Origin: Candidatus Versatilivorator sp.
GTDB lineage: Bacteria > Acidobacteriota > Terriglobia > Versatilivoradales > Versatilivoraceae
Reading direction: 5' to 3'
NCBI GenBank assembly: GCA_965207735.1
Contig: OZ242296.1
Coordinates: forward strand, 4,320,001-4,384,000
Length of the DNA: 64,000 nt
Numbering within the stretch: the stretch's first letter is position 1; each line of letters starts with the position of its first letter. Shown here in pieces: positions 19,683 to 29,026 of the stretch. The position numbers and the translations under genes are program-made. A model generated the notes under the pieces. The model had not been told where the DNA came from and did not search any database. It worked only from the letters and a program-made list of their open reading frames with translations.

Positions 19683-22600
19683 ATGAGGTTTTGGGCCAAG
19701 CCTACCCTGTCCGGACCCATTCCTGGAATCGGGGCGCTGCGTTCTGATGGCCTGGGACAGCAGCAAGGCCAGTCTGCGCGCCCGGACCCGGCACTGCATC
19801 CTGACCGGCAATACGGAGGGCAGGCACGGGCGGCAACTTACCGGAGGGCTTTTCTCATTCTTGGCTGGATCACCGGCGCGATTCTCACGGTGCCGGTCTC
19901 TGCAGCCGCTCAAGGGGTCTGTGACCGTACGCCCCAAGTTCGGGACAAGCTGGTGGAACTCACAATGGTATCGAGTTGCGAGAGCGTGACCCAGAGGGAT
20001 CTGGACGAGGTTGCCAATAGAGGCCTGCACCTGGGGGGGGGCGGCATCGCCAAGCTTCGTGTCGGCGACTTTGACGGACTGGGTTCTCTGACAGTGCTGT
20101 CGCTCCATGACAATCAGCTCTCCAGCCTGCCCAAGGGTATATTTCGCGGGCTGAGTTCCCTCGAGCGGTTGTTTCTGGATAACAATGAGCTATCTGCCTT
20201 GCCCGAGGATATCTTTGTTGAGCTGGGCGCCCTGCAGCATCTCGGGGTAAGCGGCAATCGGCTGTCCACGCTGCCCGTGGAGGTTTTTGGCGGAACGAGT
20301 ACCCTGCAGTATCTCGGGTTGGGCGACAATCGATTCGCCGCCCTGCCGGAGGACATTTTTCACAGGTTGAGTTCCCTCGAGCAGTTGCATCTGCACAATA
20401 ATCAGCTAGCCGAACTTCCCAAAGGAATCTTTCGCGGTCTGGATCGCCTTGCTCAGTTGTGTTTGCGCGGCAACCGACTGGCCGCCCTGCCCGAGGGCGT
20501 GTTTCACGGGCTGGACAATCTGGCATTGCTGCGGTTGCACGGAAACCGACTGGCTACCCTGCCCGAGGCCATCTTTCGCGGGTTGGGATCCATGAAAGCG
20601 CTGTCCCTACACCACAATCAGTTGTCCAGCCTGCCCTCAGGGATCTTTGAAGGGCTGGGGTCCCTCAAACAGTTGTTTCTGAACCATAACCGGTTGTCCA
20701 ACCTGCCCTCGCAATTATTCGGGGAGTTGGATTCCCTCCGGCATTTGTTTCTGGGCCACAACCGGCTGACCAACCTCCCCCCGGAAATCTTCGGGGAGCT
20801 GAGTTCTCTCCAGCAGTTGTTTCTGGATCACAATCAATTGTCCACCCTGCCCCCAGGCATCTTTGAAGGGCTGAGTTCCCTCACACGGTTGTTTCTGGAC
20901 CACAACCGGCTGTCCACCCTGTCTTCAGCCGTCTTCAGCGGTCTGAATTCCCTGCGCGGGCTGTTTCTGAACCACAATCACCTGGCTGCGTTGCCGGCGG
21001 GCACATTGAGCGACCTGAACCATTTGGTATCACTGAGTTTGCGCGACAATCCCCTTCGGCGAGAATCGCTTCTGGGGACATTCGACGAGGTGCTCGATAC
21101 CCTGAACTGTCCTTACATTACTGGCTGGGGAGCGTCCATTCAGGGAGTACTGGACCTGGATCTGGACCTGAGGGCGACTCTTGCCTTCGCTTCGACTGAG
21201 CAGAGAGCTTCGCCGGGGGACAGCATCAAAGTGCCGGTAACCCTGAGCCGGGCGCTGCCGTTGGCCGTGCGTGTGCCTTATTCCGCAAGCCCGCCGTTGC
21301 CGCTGGCCGCGAGTGTGGCTCCTGCCGCCGCAGGCAGCGCGCCGTCTGACGACTACAGGGACCTGTCGCCGCCGCCCTCCGAGGGACTGCTGTTTCTGGC
21401 CGGAGAAACCCGCAAGGAAATCACTTTCACCCTGGCAGAGAGCGCTGACGATCAGGACAAGTTCATGGTACTGACCTTGAGTGAAGTCTCCGAAATCGGG
21501 CTGCGCCGATCCGACGGCACCGATCCCGATACGTCCTGTCTGGATCCCCGAGTCTTTCTCTCCCGTCCCAACAAATGGGCCACGCACACGGTGACCATCA
21601 CCGGCTCCGGTTCGGGAGGGACAGATCCCGACGCGGCGGAGAATCTCTTTGTTCCCGTCCTCCTGACGGCGGCCGGACGTAACCGCTCCTTCTTCACCTC
21701 GGAAATGACCTTGACCAACCGGGGAGCTCATCCGGCAACGCTCCACTACACCTACACGGCACATACCGGTGGAGGTAGCGGCGCCGGCTCCGACATCCTT
21801 GCCCCCGGGCGCCAGAAGATCCAAACCGACGCCATTGACTATCTCATGAGTCTGGGAATCCCCATCCCGGATTCGGGAAGCCGCATCGGTACGCTGGGCG
21901 TGAAAGTCTCGGGGGCTTCAGGGGTGGGGGTCATGGTCCGGACCACCACGGCCGTGCCCGAAGGCCGCGCCGGTCTGGCCTATCCCGGTGTTCCGGCGGA
22001 AGCCGGATTCCAGGAAGCGGTTTATCTGTGCGGCCTGCGGCAGAACCGGCAGGACCGCTCCAACATCGCCTTTCAGAACATGGGAACCGCCAAGGATGGT
22101 TCCATCACCCTGAGGGCCACGGTGTTCTCGGGAGAGGCCGCCGACGCCGGAGCCCGAGTCCTGAAGGATGTGAGGCTGGGGCCGGGGGGGTTTCACCAGT
22201 TTTCGAGAGTGCTGGGCGTGCTGGGCAGCGAGGCCCACGGCTATGTCAAGGTAGAGCGGGTCGAGGGAACGGCGCCCTTTTATGCTTACGGGGTCATCAA
22301 CGACCAGGCCAATTCCGACGGCTCCTTCGTCTTTCCGATAACTGCCGGCTCGCTGGAAGCCAGCACCGGCCAGACCCTGCCGGTGGTGGTGGAGACGGGA
22401 GTCTTCTCCAGCGAGTTGACGGTGACGAATTTCTCCGAAGATGCCAGGAACCTCATCTTGAAACTGGTGGCCGATGCCATCGACACCGAGGCTGACACGG
22501 CCACCGTGCGCCTGCTCATTGAAGCCGGGGAGCAGCTCATTATCCCCGGCGTCGTCGCCTCCTGGCGCCAGCAGGGTGTTGGGGGCATCGCTCAGACCAG

Positions 22601-23093
22601 GGGTAGCCTCGCGGGTCCCTTGTTCGCCAGTGCGGTCGAGGGGGACCTGAGCGGGATCGTGGTCGGGGCCCGGACCGGCTCTCAGGGAGTCAGCGGGCAC
22701 TACAGCGTCTTCTACAACGCCGTCCCCTTTGGAGAATCCTTCACCGAAATGGCCTGGGTCGACGCCCTGCAGCAGAATGAAGAGAACCGGAGCAACCTGG
22801 CCTTGGTCAATACCGGGGAAGTCGACGACAGCGACAGCGTCTTCAGCCTCGACATCTACGACGGGGAGACGGGCCGGTTGGTCAACACCGTGACCGGTAG
22901 ACGGGTTGCGCCCGGAGCTTGGTACCAGATCAACAACATCCTGGGCAACTATGCCCCGGACACCACCCAGGGATATGTCCGCATCAGGCGGATCTCCGGA
23001 AACAACCCCTTCCTGGCCTACGGGGTCGTCAACGACGGAGGCGCTCCGGGACAGCGCAGCAGCGATGGAGCCTACTTGCCGGCTCGAAGGTAG
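19683..23093 (+). CDS. Secreted leucine-rich-repeat protein (N-cap, ~15 LRRs, Calx-beta-like, conserved C-terminal module); paralog of 13716-18449
   Basis: 'AAAQGVCDRTPQVRDKLV' cap, 24-aa LRRs, C-terminal ~480 aa clearly homologous to the upstream LRR protein. Confidence 0.9.
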   Translation: MRFWAKPTLSGPIPGIGALRSDGLGQQQGQSARPDPALHPDRQYGGQARAATYRRAFLILGWITGAILTVPVSAAAQGVCDRTPQVRDKLVELTMVSSCESVTQRDLDEVANRGLHLGGGGIAKLRVGDFDGLGSLTVLSLHDNQLSSLPKGIFRGLSSLERLFLDNNELSALPEDIFVELGALQHLGVSGNRLSTLPVEVFGGTSTLQYLGLGDNRFAALPEDIFHRLSSLEQLHLHNNQLAELPKGIFRGLDRLAQLCLRGNRLAALPEGVFHGLDNLALLRLHGNRLATLPEAIFRGLGSMKALSLHHNQLSSLPSGIFEGLGSLKQLFLNHNRLSNLPSQLFGELDSLRHLFLGHNRLTNLPPEIFGELSSLQQLFLDHNQLSTLPPGIFEGLSSLTRLFLDHNRLSTLSSAVFSGLNSLRGLFLNHNHLAALPAGTLSDLNHLVSLSLRDNPLRRESLLGTFDEVLDTLNCPYITGWGASIQGVLDLDLDLRATLAFASTEQRASPGDSIKVPVTLSRALPLAVRVPYSASPPLPLAASVAPAAAGSAPSDDYRDLSPPPSEGLLFLAGETRKEITFTLAESADDQDKFMVLTLSEVSEIGLRRSDGTDPDTSCLDPRVFLSRPNKWATHTVTITGSGSGGTDPDAAENLFVPVLLTAAGRNRSFFTSEMTLTNRGAHPATLHYTYTAHTGGGSGAGSDILAPGRQKIQTDAIDYLMSLGIPIPDSGSRIGTLGVKVSGASGVGVMVRTTTAVPEGRAGLAYPGVPAEAGFQEAVYLCGLRQNRQDRSNIAFQNMGTAKDGSITLRATVFSGEAADAGARVLKDVRLGPGGFHQFSRVLGVLGSEAHGYVKVERVEGTAPFYAYGVINDQANSDGSFVFPITAGSLEASTGQTLPVVVETGVFSSELTVTNFSEDARNLILKLVADAIDTEADTATVRLLIEAGEQLIIPGVVASWRQQGVGGIAQTRGSLAGPLFASAVEGDLSGIVVGARTGSQGVSGHYSVFYNAVPFGESFTEMAWVDALQQNEENRSNLALVNTGEVDDSDSVFSLDIYDGETGRLVNTVTGRRVAPGAWYQINNILGNYAPDTTQGYVRIRRISGNNPFLAYGVVNDGGAPGQRSSDGAYLPARR

Positions 23094-23365
23094 AGGGCGC
23101 TGATGCTGGGCACGAGCCTCAAGGTGACAGGCAAGCTGCCCGCCATACCCACGGCCATGCCCACGTACGACCAGTCACTCGCCCTGCTTTCTTCGACCGT
23201 GAATCGGTCCAGTGCCCCGTAGCAGGTATCCCACAGCGCATCGCCGAAAATCTGGCGGATGACAACAGCTCGCACCCACCGGAAGACGCTCCGGGTGCAC
23301 CCGACCCACAGCTGCACCGAACGAGAAAGCTTGATGTTGTACCGTAAATATGGGAATATGGTTCT

Positions 23366-23644
23366 ATGAAGACCACCATCGATCTCCCTGAAGCCACCTT
23401 CCGGCAGGCCAAGGCCATGGCCGTCGCCCGCGGAATGACCTTGAAGCGGTTCTTCACCCAAGCGCTTGAGGAACGACTTCGGCGCTGCATTGTCGAGACC
23501 CGGAACGAAGGTGTCGAGCCTCCCTGGATGGCAGGATTCGGCGCGCTTTCCGACATTGCCGACGAGAACCGCCATGTCCTCAATTTGATCGAAGAGGAGT
23601 TCGAGAGGCTCTCCCCCGAAGATCTCCACGAAAACCTGCCATGA
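23366..23644 (+). CDS. Putative VapB-type antitoxin (RHH-like)
   Basis: 'MKTTIDLPE..FRQAKA.A..RG.TLK' N-terminus; ATGA overlap with the PIN toxin gene. Confidence 0.8.
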   Translation: MKTTIDLPEATFRQAKAMAVARGMTLKRFFTQALEERLRRCIVETRNEGVEPPWMAGFGALSDIADENRHVLNLIEEEFERLSPEDLHENLP

Positions 23645-24018
23645 TCCTCGACACCAACGCCTTGTCCGCCTGGGCGCAGGGGTATGCCGGGGTCGAAGCG
23701 CCCCTCCGCTCGGCCGAGCGCCTCGTGGTCCCCAGCGTCGTTCTCGGTGAGTACTATTTCGGCATCCGCCAATCGCGTCACCGCCTCCGATATCAGGACT
23801 GGCTTGCCCGTTACTTGCCGATGACGGAAATCGCAACCATCACCTCGGGGACAGCGGATGCCTATGCCGATATTCGTCTGGAATTGAAACGGATGGGGTC
23901 TCCGATACCGCCGAACGACGTCTGGATCGCCGCATTGGCCCGCCAGCACACTCTGCCGGTGTTGAGCAACGACAGTCATTTCGACGCCGTCGACCGAATC
24001 CAGCGCATAGCTTTCTGA
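23641..24018 (+). CDS. vapC: VapC PIN-domain toxin
   Basis: 'MILDTNALS', 'VVLGE', 'PIPPNDVWIAALA', 'SNDSHF'. Confidence 0.9.
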   Translation: MILDTNALSAWAQGYAGVEAPLRSAERLVVPSVVLGEYYFGIRQSRHRLRYQDWLARYLPMTEIATITSGTADAYADIRLELKRMGSPIPPNDVWIAALARQHTLPVLSNDSHFDAVDRIQRIAF

Positions 24019-24045
24019 TTACTAGCCTTTGTAAATAACGCTCAA

Positions 24046-24210
24046 TTGTTTCAGGCAAGGGCCGCCCCCGCCCTGCCGTGCGGATCATTCGAGGGTGAAA
24101 CCGGGGACATTGATGACGTATCGGGAGGCAGGGACAGGTTCCGGTTCCCTCACCGTCTTTCTTCGTGTGCCTTCGTGGATAACTCTTTTTTTCTGTTGTT
24201 TCAGGTAAGC
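24046..24210 (-). repeat. Dispersed copy of the ~180-bp repeat family found in tandem at 40427-45021
   Basis: Reverse complement reads gcttacctgaaacaac...aaaagagttatccacgaaggcacacgaag...gtttcaccctcgaatgatc...cttgcctgaaacaa. Confidence 0.8.
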
Positions 24211-24213
24211 AGG

Positions 24214-25347
24214 TCAGGGCGTGACCTGCTCCAGGATGGCGACGTCTCCGGGGTTCCAGGTCTGGGCGATGATGTAGAGCTTGCCGTCGATCCGGCGCAC
24301 CACGGCGTCGTGGATGTGCTGAAAGGTCTCCAGGCCCAGCTCATCCTTGACCATCACCGTGGAAATCACCCGGTCCCCTTCCAGAATGTAGATGGGCGCG
24401 CCCTTGCTGCGGTCGGGGCCATACAGGCAACCCACCACCGCGTATTTCCCCACGTAGTCGATGTCGATGGGAAAGGAACCGACCGGCAGCCGCAGGGTGG
24501 ACCGGTAGTGCCCGTACCGCGTGAAGCGCTCCACTTTGGCATTGGGGCGGTCCGAGACCGCCAAGAGTCGCTTGTCGGGAGTCAGGGTGATGCCGTGCCC
24601 CGTGCCGAACTGGCCCGGGCCATCGCCCTTGCCGCCGAAAGCCAGATCGTGCCAGCTGACCCGAAAGGGATCGGTGCTCAGCACTCGGGCCGTCAGGACG
24701 AAGTCGAGACTCGAGTAGCCCGTCGTCACGTAGAGCATCCCCTCCAGATGCTCCACGTCGGTGGGGGCGAAATTCCCCATTCCCCGGAAGTAGCTGTTGA
24801 CGGTGGGATGATCGAAGTCATTTTCCAGGCTGGGAGCCTGGAGCGTGTGGACTAGGGCTCCGTCGAGGGTGGTGGTATGGATGTCTCCGGTCTTGTGGCC
24901 CGGGAAGGTCAGGTAGCCGGTGCCATCGGCGGCATACCAGATGGTGACATTGTGCAGGGCCACGTCCTTGATCGCCTCCGGCGTCTCCAGCAGCCGCACG
25001 GTCTTCATATCTGCGCTGATCTGCAAGATTCCCGCTCCGGCCAAGGCGAAGTAGGTTTCTCCCCTTCCGGGGCGGCGGTCCACCGTAAAGCCCCCGTGGG
25101 CGGCGGCCAGCACTTTCCTGGCCTCTTCCGGCAACCGTTCCGAGGTATAAAGGACCCGAAACTTCATGTCTCCCTGCCCGCTCACGGCTCCTTGAGAGTT
25201 CTCTGCCCTGTTGGCGCCGGCCAGCCCACCGTGCACCGTGTAGGCCACTGCGGACCCGCGGTCATGAGAGAAGAGCATGGAAGAGCTTGAACCGAGGTTC
25301 AACACAAGGGCCCAGGCACAGGCTAGAACGCAGGCGCGCAGTTTCAT
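24214..25347 (-). CDS. Secreted NHL / beta-propeller-like protein
   Basis: Signal peptide; 'FGGKGDGPGQFGTGHGI', 'VSDRPN' NHL-like motifs. Confidence 0.65.
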   Translation of the reverse strand: MKLRACVLACAWALVLNLGSSSSMLFSHDRGSAVAYTVHGGLAGANRAENSQGAVSGQGDMKFRVLYTSERLPEEARKVLAAAHGGFTVDRRPGRGETYFALAGAGILQISADMKTVRLLETPEAIKDVALHNVTIWYAADGTGYLTFPGHKTGDIHTTTLDGALVHTLQAPSLENDFDHPTVNSYFRGMGNFAPTDVEHLEGMLYVTTGYSSLDFVLTARVLSTDPFRVSWHDLAFGGKGDGPGQFGTGHGITLTPDKRLLAVSDRPNAKVERFTRYGHYRSTLRLPVGSFPIDIDYVGKYAVVGCLYGPDRSKGAPIYILEGDRVISTVMVKDELGLETFQHIHDAVVRRIDGKLYIIAQTWNPGDVAILEQVTP

Positions 25348-25457
25348 GGTAGTACTCCCCCCGTTGGAAATTGGATTGGAACGATCCTCCAATTCACGCA
25401 TGGAGCACCGTATTTCGGACTTCGGCAGGCAAGCTTCAGAACAGGAACATTCGGTCA

Positions 25458-27227
25458 TCAGGCCGATTTGGCCTCCTTGTAACGCACCGCCAGCTCCAGC
25501 TTCTCGATCAGGATCTCCTCGGAAATTTCAGCCGGACGGTCGGCGACGCGAACCCCCACCAGGTTCTTGCCCAGGGCAAGCTGGTCCGGCTCAACGTCAA
25601 ATTCCAGCCATCCGTCGTCGACACGACCGGTTCCCAGGTTGAGGTTGTTGACCCTCACTTCAACCCTCTTATCGATGCCTCGAGGCATGCCGCTGGTCCA
25701 GTGAGGCTCCGGACCCGGTCCACCCACCCGCTCCGGGACCAGTCTGTCCCTGACCATAACGGGGGGATGCTTCCTGCTCTTGGGTAACCGCGCCGCGGCC
25801 GGATCGTTCAGCAGCAAACGGAGGCGAAGACTGGCGACCCTGTCGGCCTCCGAAGGGATGTCGTCCCCCACATTGAGGGTCAGCAGGGTATCCACCCTCC
25901 CACTGTTGTCGAGAGCGGCTGGCAACGCCTCCAGCATGTTGGTGTTGGAATACATCAACCTGGGAGTCGTCCAGTCTTCGGGATTCGGCATCACGATGGT
26001 TCCGTGACCGCCGCCCCGTCGCTGAACCACGAACGTCTTGTCCAGATGGCGAATGACCTCGGTCCCACCCATCTCGCGGAAGGCCTGCTGATGCATGGGC
26101 CAATGGAGTTCTCCCGGGTCGGGGCCGTACTTGAAGTTGAAGGTCTGTATGCCGTCGGCGCCTTGCTGGTACCAGTTGGACCAAACTCCCCGAAGGACTT
26201 CGATGGGGGGAACGCAGTAGCCGTCAGAGGAATGGTGATCGTCGATCACGCCCAGCAGCTTAGTGGGCAATCCCTCGGCGAGTTGGCGGAAAGCCACCAG
26301 GTCCACTTCGAAATTGCGGCATCCCAGTGCCAGGATGTCCACCAGTTGCTCCTTGATCCAGGTGCCGACATCCAATCCATCGAAATGACAGCCCACCAGG
26401 TTCTCGGGAACCCGGGCGGCCAACAGGAACGCCCGGCCGCGGCGGCGCTCCACCTCCAGGGTCATCTTCCGGATTCTACGGATGAGATCGGTCAGCAGGG
26501 AGTGATTCTCCCAGGCCTGACCGGGAGGGAAAATCGGGCACATGCGGGCAAAATCCAGCTCGATTCCGTCAAACTCGTAGACCGTAGCTACTTCTTCCAT
26601 TTTGCGGAAGACGTAGTCACGGACACCCTCGACGGCATAGTTCCAAACCCCGTTGGGATTCCAGGGCAAGACCATGAGCCAGTCGGGATTTTGCTGCTTG
26701 AGCGGGATGGGATTCTGATTGTGCATGTCATCGATGAAGGTTCCCCGCCCCGGAATGAACTGCGGGTCGTTGTCGCTGCCGTTCATGCGTTCGGAGAAGA
26801 AAACTTCCAGCCCCCGCTGACGGGTCTCGTCCTGGAAGATCCGAACGATGTCAATGCCTTGCTCGATCCAGCGTTGGTAAGCGGGCTGGTTGTAGGTCGG
26901 CAGGATCTTGCTGGGGTAGGCGGCCACGTTACCTTCCCCCCAGTTCCACCACACGCTGTCGATGCAGGACTCCGGGTCGTCGATGAAGGCAAAGCGACTC
27001 TTCAGGATGGCATCGATACTTGGATAGATGTCGGGATCGCTCAGCAGCACGTCAAAGTTCTTGGCCACCCGCCGCCGGCGGTTGACGGCTTCCAGGTGAA
27101 GCGGCGATAGCCGGACGGGAGGCCTACCTCCACCGGGCCGATCCTCCAAAGCCACGCGGCACCCACTGAGTTGCGCGGCTCCGACCACACCGGCAACGGC
27201 AGCACCCAAGAATTCTCGACGATCCAT
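25458..27227 (-). CDS. Tat-exported glycoside hydrolase-like (GHL10-type) protein, possibly a lipoprotein
   Basis: DRREFL Tat motif, LSGC lipobox-like; 'FSERMN', 'FDGIELDF', 'GADGIQTFN'. Confidence 0.7.
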   Translation of the reverse strand: MDRREFLGAAVAGVVGAAQLSGCRVALEDRPGGGRPPVRLSPLHLEAVNRRRRVAKNFDVLLSDPDIYPSIDAILKSRFAFIDDPESCIDSVWWNWGEGNVAAYPSKILPTYNQPAYQRWIEQGIDIVRIFQDETRQRGLEVFFSERMNGSDNDPQFIPGRGTFIDDMHNQNPIPLKQQNPDWLMVLPWNPNGVWNYAVEGVRDYVFRKMEEVATVYEFDGIELDFARMCPIFPPGQAWENHSLLTDLIRRIRKMTLEVERRRGRAFLLAARVPENLVGCHFDGLDVGTWIKEQLVDILALGCRNFEVDLVAFRQLAEGLPTKLLGVIDDHHSSDGYCVPPIEVLRGVWSNWYQQGADGIQTFNFKYGPDPGELHWPMHQQAFREMGGTEVIRHLDKTFVVQRRGGGHGTIVMPNPEDWTTPRLMYSNTNMLEALPAALDNSGRVDTLLTLNVGDDIPSEADRVASLRLRLLLNDPAAARLPKSRKHPPVMVRDRLVPERVGGPGPEPHWTSGMPRGIDKRVEVRVNNLNLGTGRVDDGWLEFDVEPDQLALGKNLVGVRVADRPAEISEEILIEKLELAVRYKEAKSA

Positions 27228-27521
27228 GGTTTAACCACTCCTCACGGCCGAAGGCCAGGCGTCCTGCTTTCCAGCAGCGCCTGAGGCAACCGATTCCTCT
27301 GCCGTTGTGACAGGCTGAATGTGTCTATCAGCCTATCACAGCGGCAAGCGGGCAGCGGAAACGAGGTCATTCCCGCGGCGAATTTCCCCTCGCAAAGTTA
27401 CTGCTGAACCATTGCGGCAATTGGTGGGATAATACCGGGCCGGCAGGCTCCTGCCCGCGCGATTTCGGGTCACGAGAACTACTCAGGTTGCGTTTCCACT
27501 CTCCCTGCAGGGGGCATTCCC

Positions 27522-28868
27522 ATGAATCGACCGCTCGGACCATCCGTCGAGGAATTGATCGAAAAAAAAAGCTGGTCCGACCTTCGGGCCCTGGTGTCCA
27601 ATTGGCCTGCGCCCGAAACGGCCGAACTGCTCCTGGGAATGGACAAGTCGGACCGCGTCCTTCTTTTTCGCTTCCTTCCCCGACCGGTCTCCAGCGATGT
27701 CTTCGCCCATCTCAGCACCGAGTCTCAAGTCGCTCTGGTCAAGGAGTTGACCGACGAGGAAACCCGTCAGCTCCTGGCCAACCTGGAGCCGGACGACCGC
27801 ACTCACCTGCTGGAGGAAATGCCGGGACGGGCCACTCAGCGCCTGCTGAACCTGCTGAGCCCCGAGGACCTGGTGGAAGCGCGCAAGCTGCTGGGATACC
27901 CGGAAGAGAGCGTGGGTCGGCTGATGACGCCGGACTACGTGGCCGTACGCGCCGAGTGGACCATCGAGCGCAGCTTGCAGCACATACGCAAGGTCGGCAA
28001 GGGGCTCGACTCCATCGCCACGGTCTATGTGACCAACCTCCAGTGGAAGCTGCTGGACGAGATCGAGCTGCAGCAGTTGGTGCTGGCGGCGCCCGGCGAT
28101 CGAGTCGATGCCTTGATGGACCGCTCAGTCGCCACCTTGTCCCCCTACAGCGACCGCGAGGAAGCCGTGGGTCTCTTGGGCAAGTACGATCTGGTGGCGG
28201 CGCCGGTGGTGGACTCCGGCGGCGTGCTGTTGGGGGTGGTGACCGTCGACGACGTCATGGACGTAGCGGAGGAGGAGGCAACCGAGGATTTTCAGAAGTC
28301 GGCGGCCGTGGAACCCCTGAAAATGAGCTACGAGGAGGCGGGGGTCTGGTCCCTCTATCGTAAGAGAATCCCCTGGCTGGCCCTGCTGGTTCTAGTCAAC
28401 CTGGCCGCCTCTTCGGTGATTGCCGCCTACGAAGAAACCCTGTCGGCCGCCATCGCCCTGGCGTTTTTCATTCCCTTGCTCATCGGGAGCGGAGGTAACG
28501 CCGGAGCCCAGTCGGCCACCCTGATGGTGCGCGCCCTGGCTACCGGAGACATCCGGGCAAGACAATGGCCCCAAACCGTCCTCAAGGAACTGGCGGTGGG
28601 GGGGACTCTGGGGGCCACCATGGGAGCCACGGCCTGGATCTTCGGTGTGCTTCGAGGCGGGCTGGACCTCGCCATCGTGGTGGGCCTGGCCATGCTGGCC
28701 ATCGTTGTGGCAGCCAATACGATCGGGGTGGTGCTGCCCTTCCTCTTGAGCCGGCTGGGAATCGATCCGGCCGTGGCCAGCAGCCCCTTGATTACCTCGA
28801 TAGCCGACGTGGCCGGACTGGTGATCTACTTCTGGCTCGCCTCGGCACTGCTGGGCAACATAGCCTGA
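27522..28868 (+). CDS. mgtE: Magnesium transporter MgtE
   Basis: 'YPEESVGRLMTP', CBS pair, 'FFIPLLIGSGGNAGAQS', 'DPAVASSPLITSIAD'. Confidence 0.95.
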   Translation: MNRPLGPSVEELIEKKSWSDLRALVSNWPAPETAELLLGMDKSDRVLLFRFLPRPVSSDVFAHLSTESQVALVKELTDEETRQLLANLEPDDRTHLLEEMPGRATQRLLNLLSPEDLVEARKLLGYPEESVGRLMTPDYVAVRAEWTIERSLQHIRKVGKGLDSIATVYVTNLQWKLLDEIELQQLVLAAPGDRVDALMDRSVATLSPYSDREEAVGLLGKYDLVAAPVVDSGGVLLGVVTVDDVMDVAEEEATEDFQKSAAVEPLKMSYEEAGVWSLYRKRIPWLALLVLVNLAASSVIAAYEETLSAAIALAFFIPLLIGSGGNAGAQSATLMVRALATGDIRARQWPQTVLKELAVGGTLGATMGATAWIFGVLRGGLDLAIVVGLAMLAIVVAANTIGVVLPFLLSRLGIDPAVASSPLITSIADVAGLVIYFWLASALLGNIA

Positions 28869-29026
28869 GAGTGGGCTGGACAGGCCAATCGCTGTCCGAT
28901 ACACTCACCCTCCCCAGTGACCCTCCGCCCCGAATCCCTTTCGGAAAAAGGGATTTCAGGGCCGGACCGTTTCGATCCGCCGAAAGCCGGGGCTGTTTAA
29001 TCAGTGCCCCCGAAAGGCCATTGACG

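Noticed and set aside
28565-29026. N-terminal extension of the 706-aa nadB ORF
   Set aside because: Overlaps mgtE in another frame; NadB homology starts after 29027
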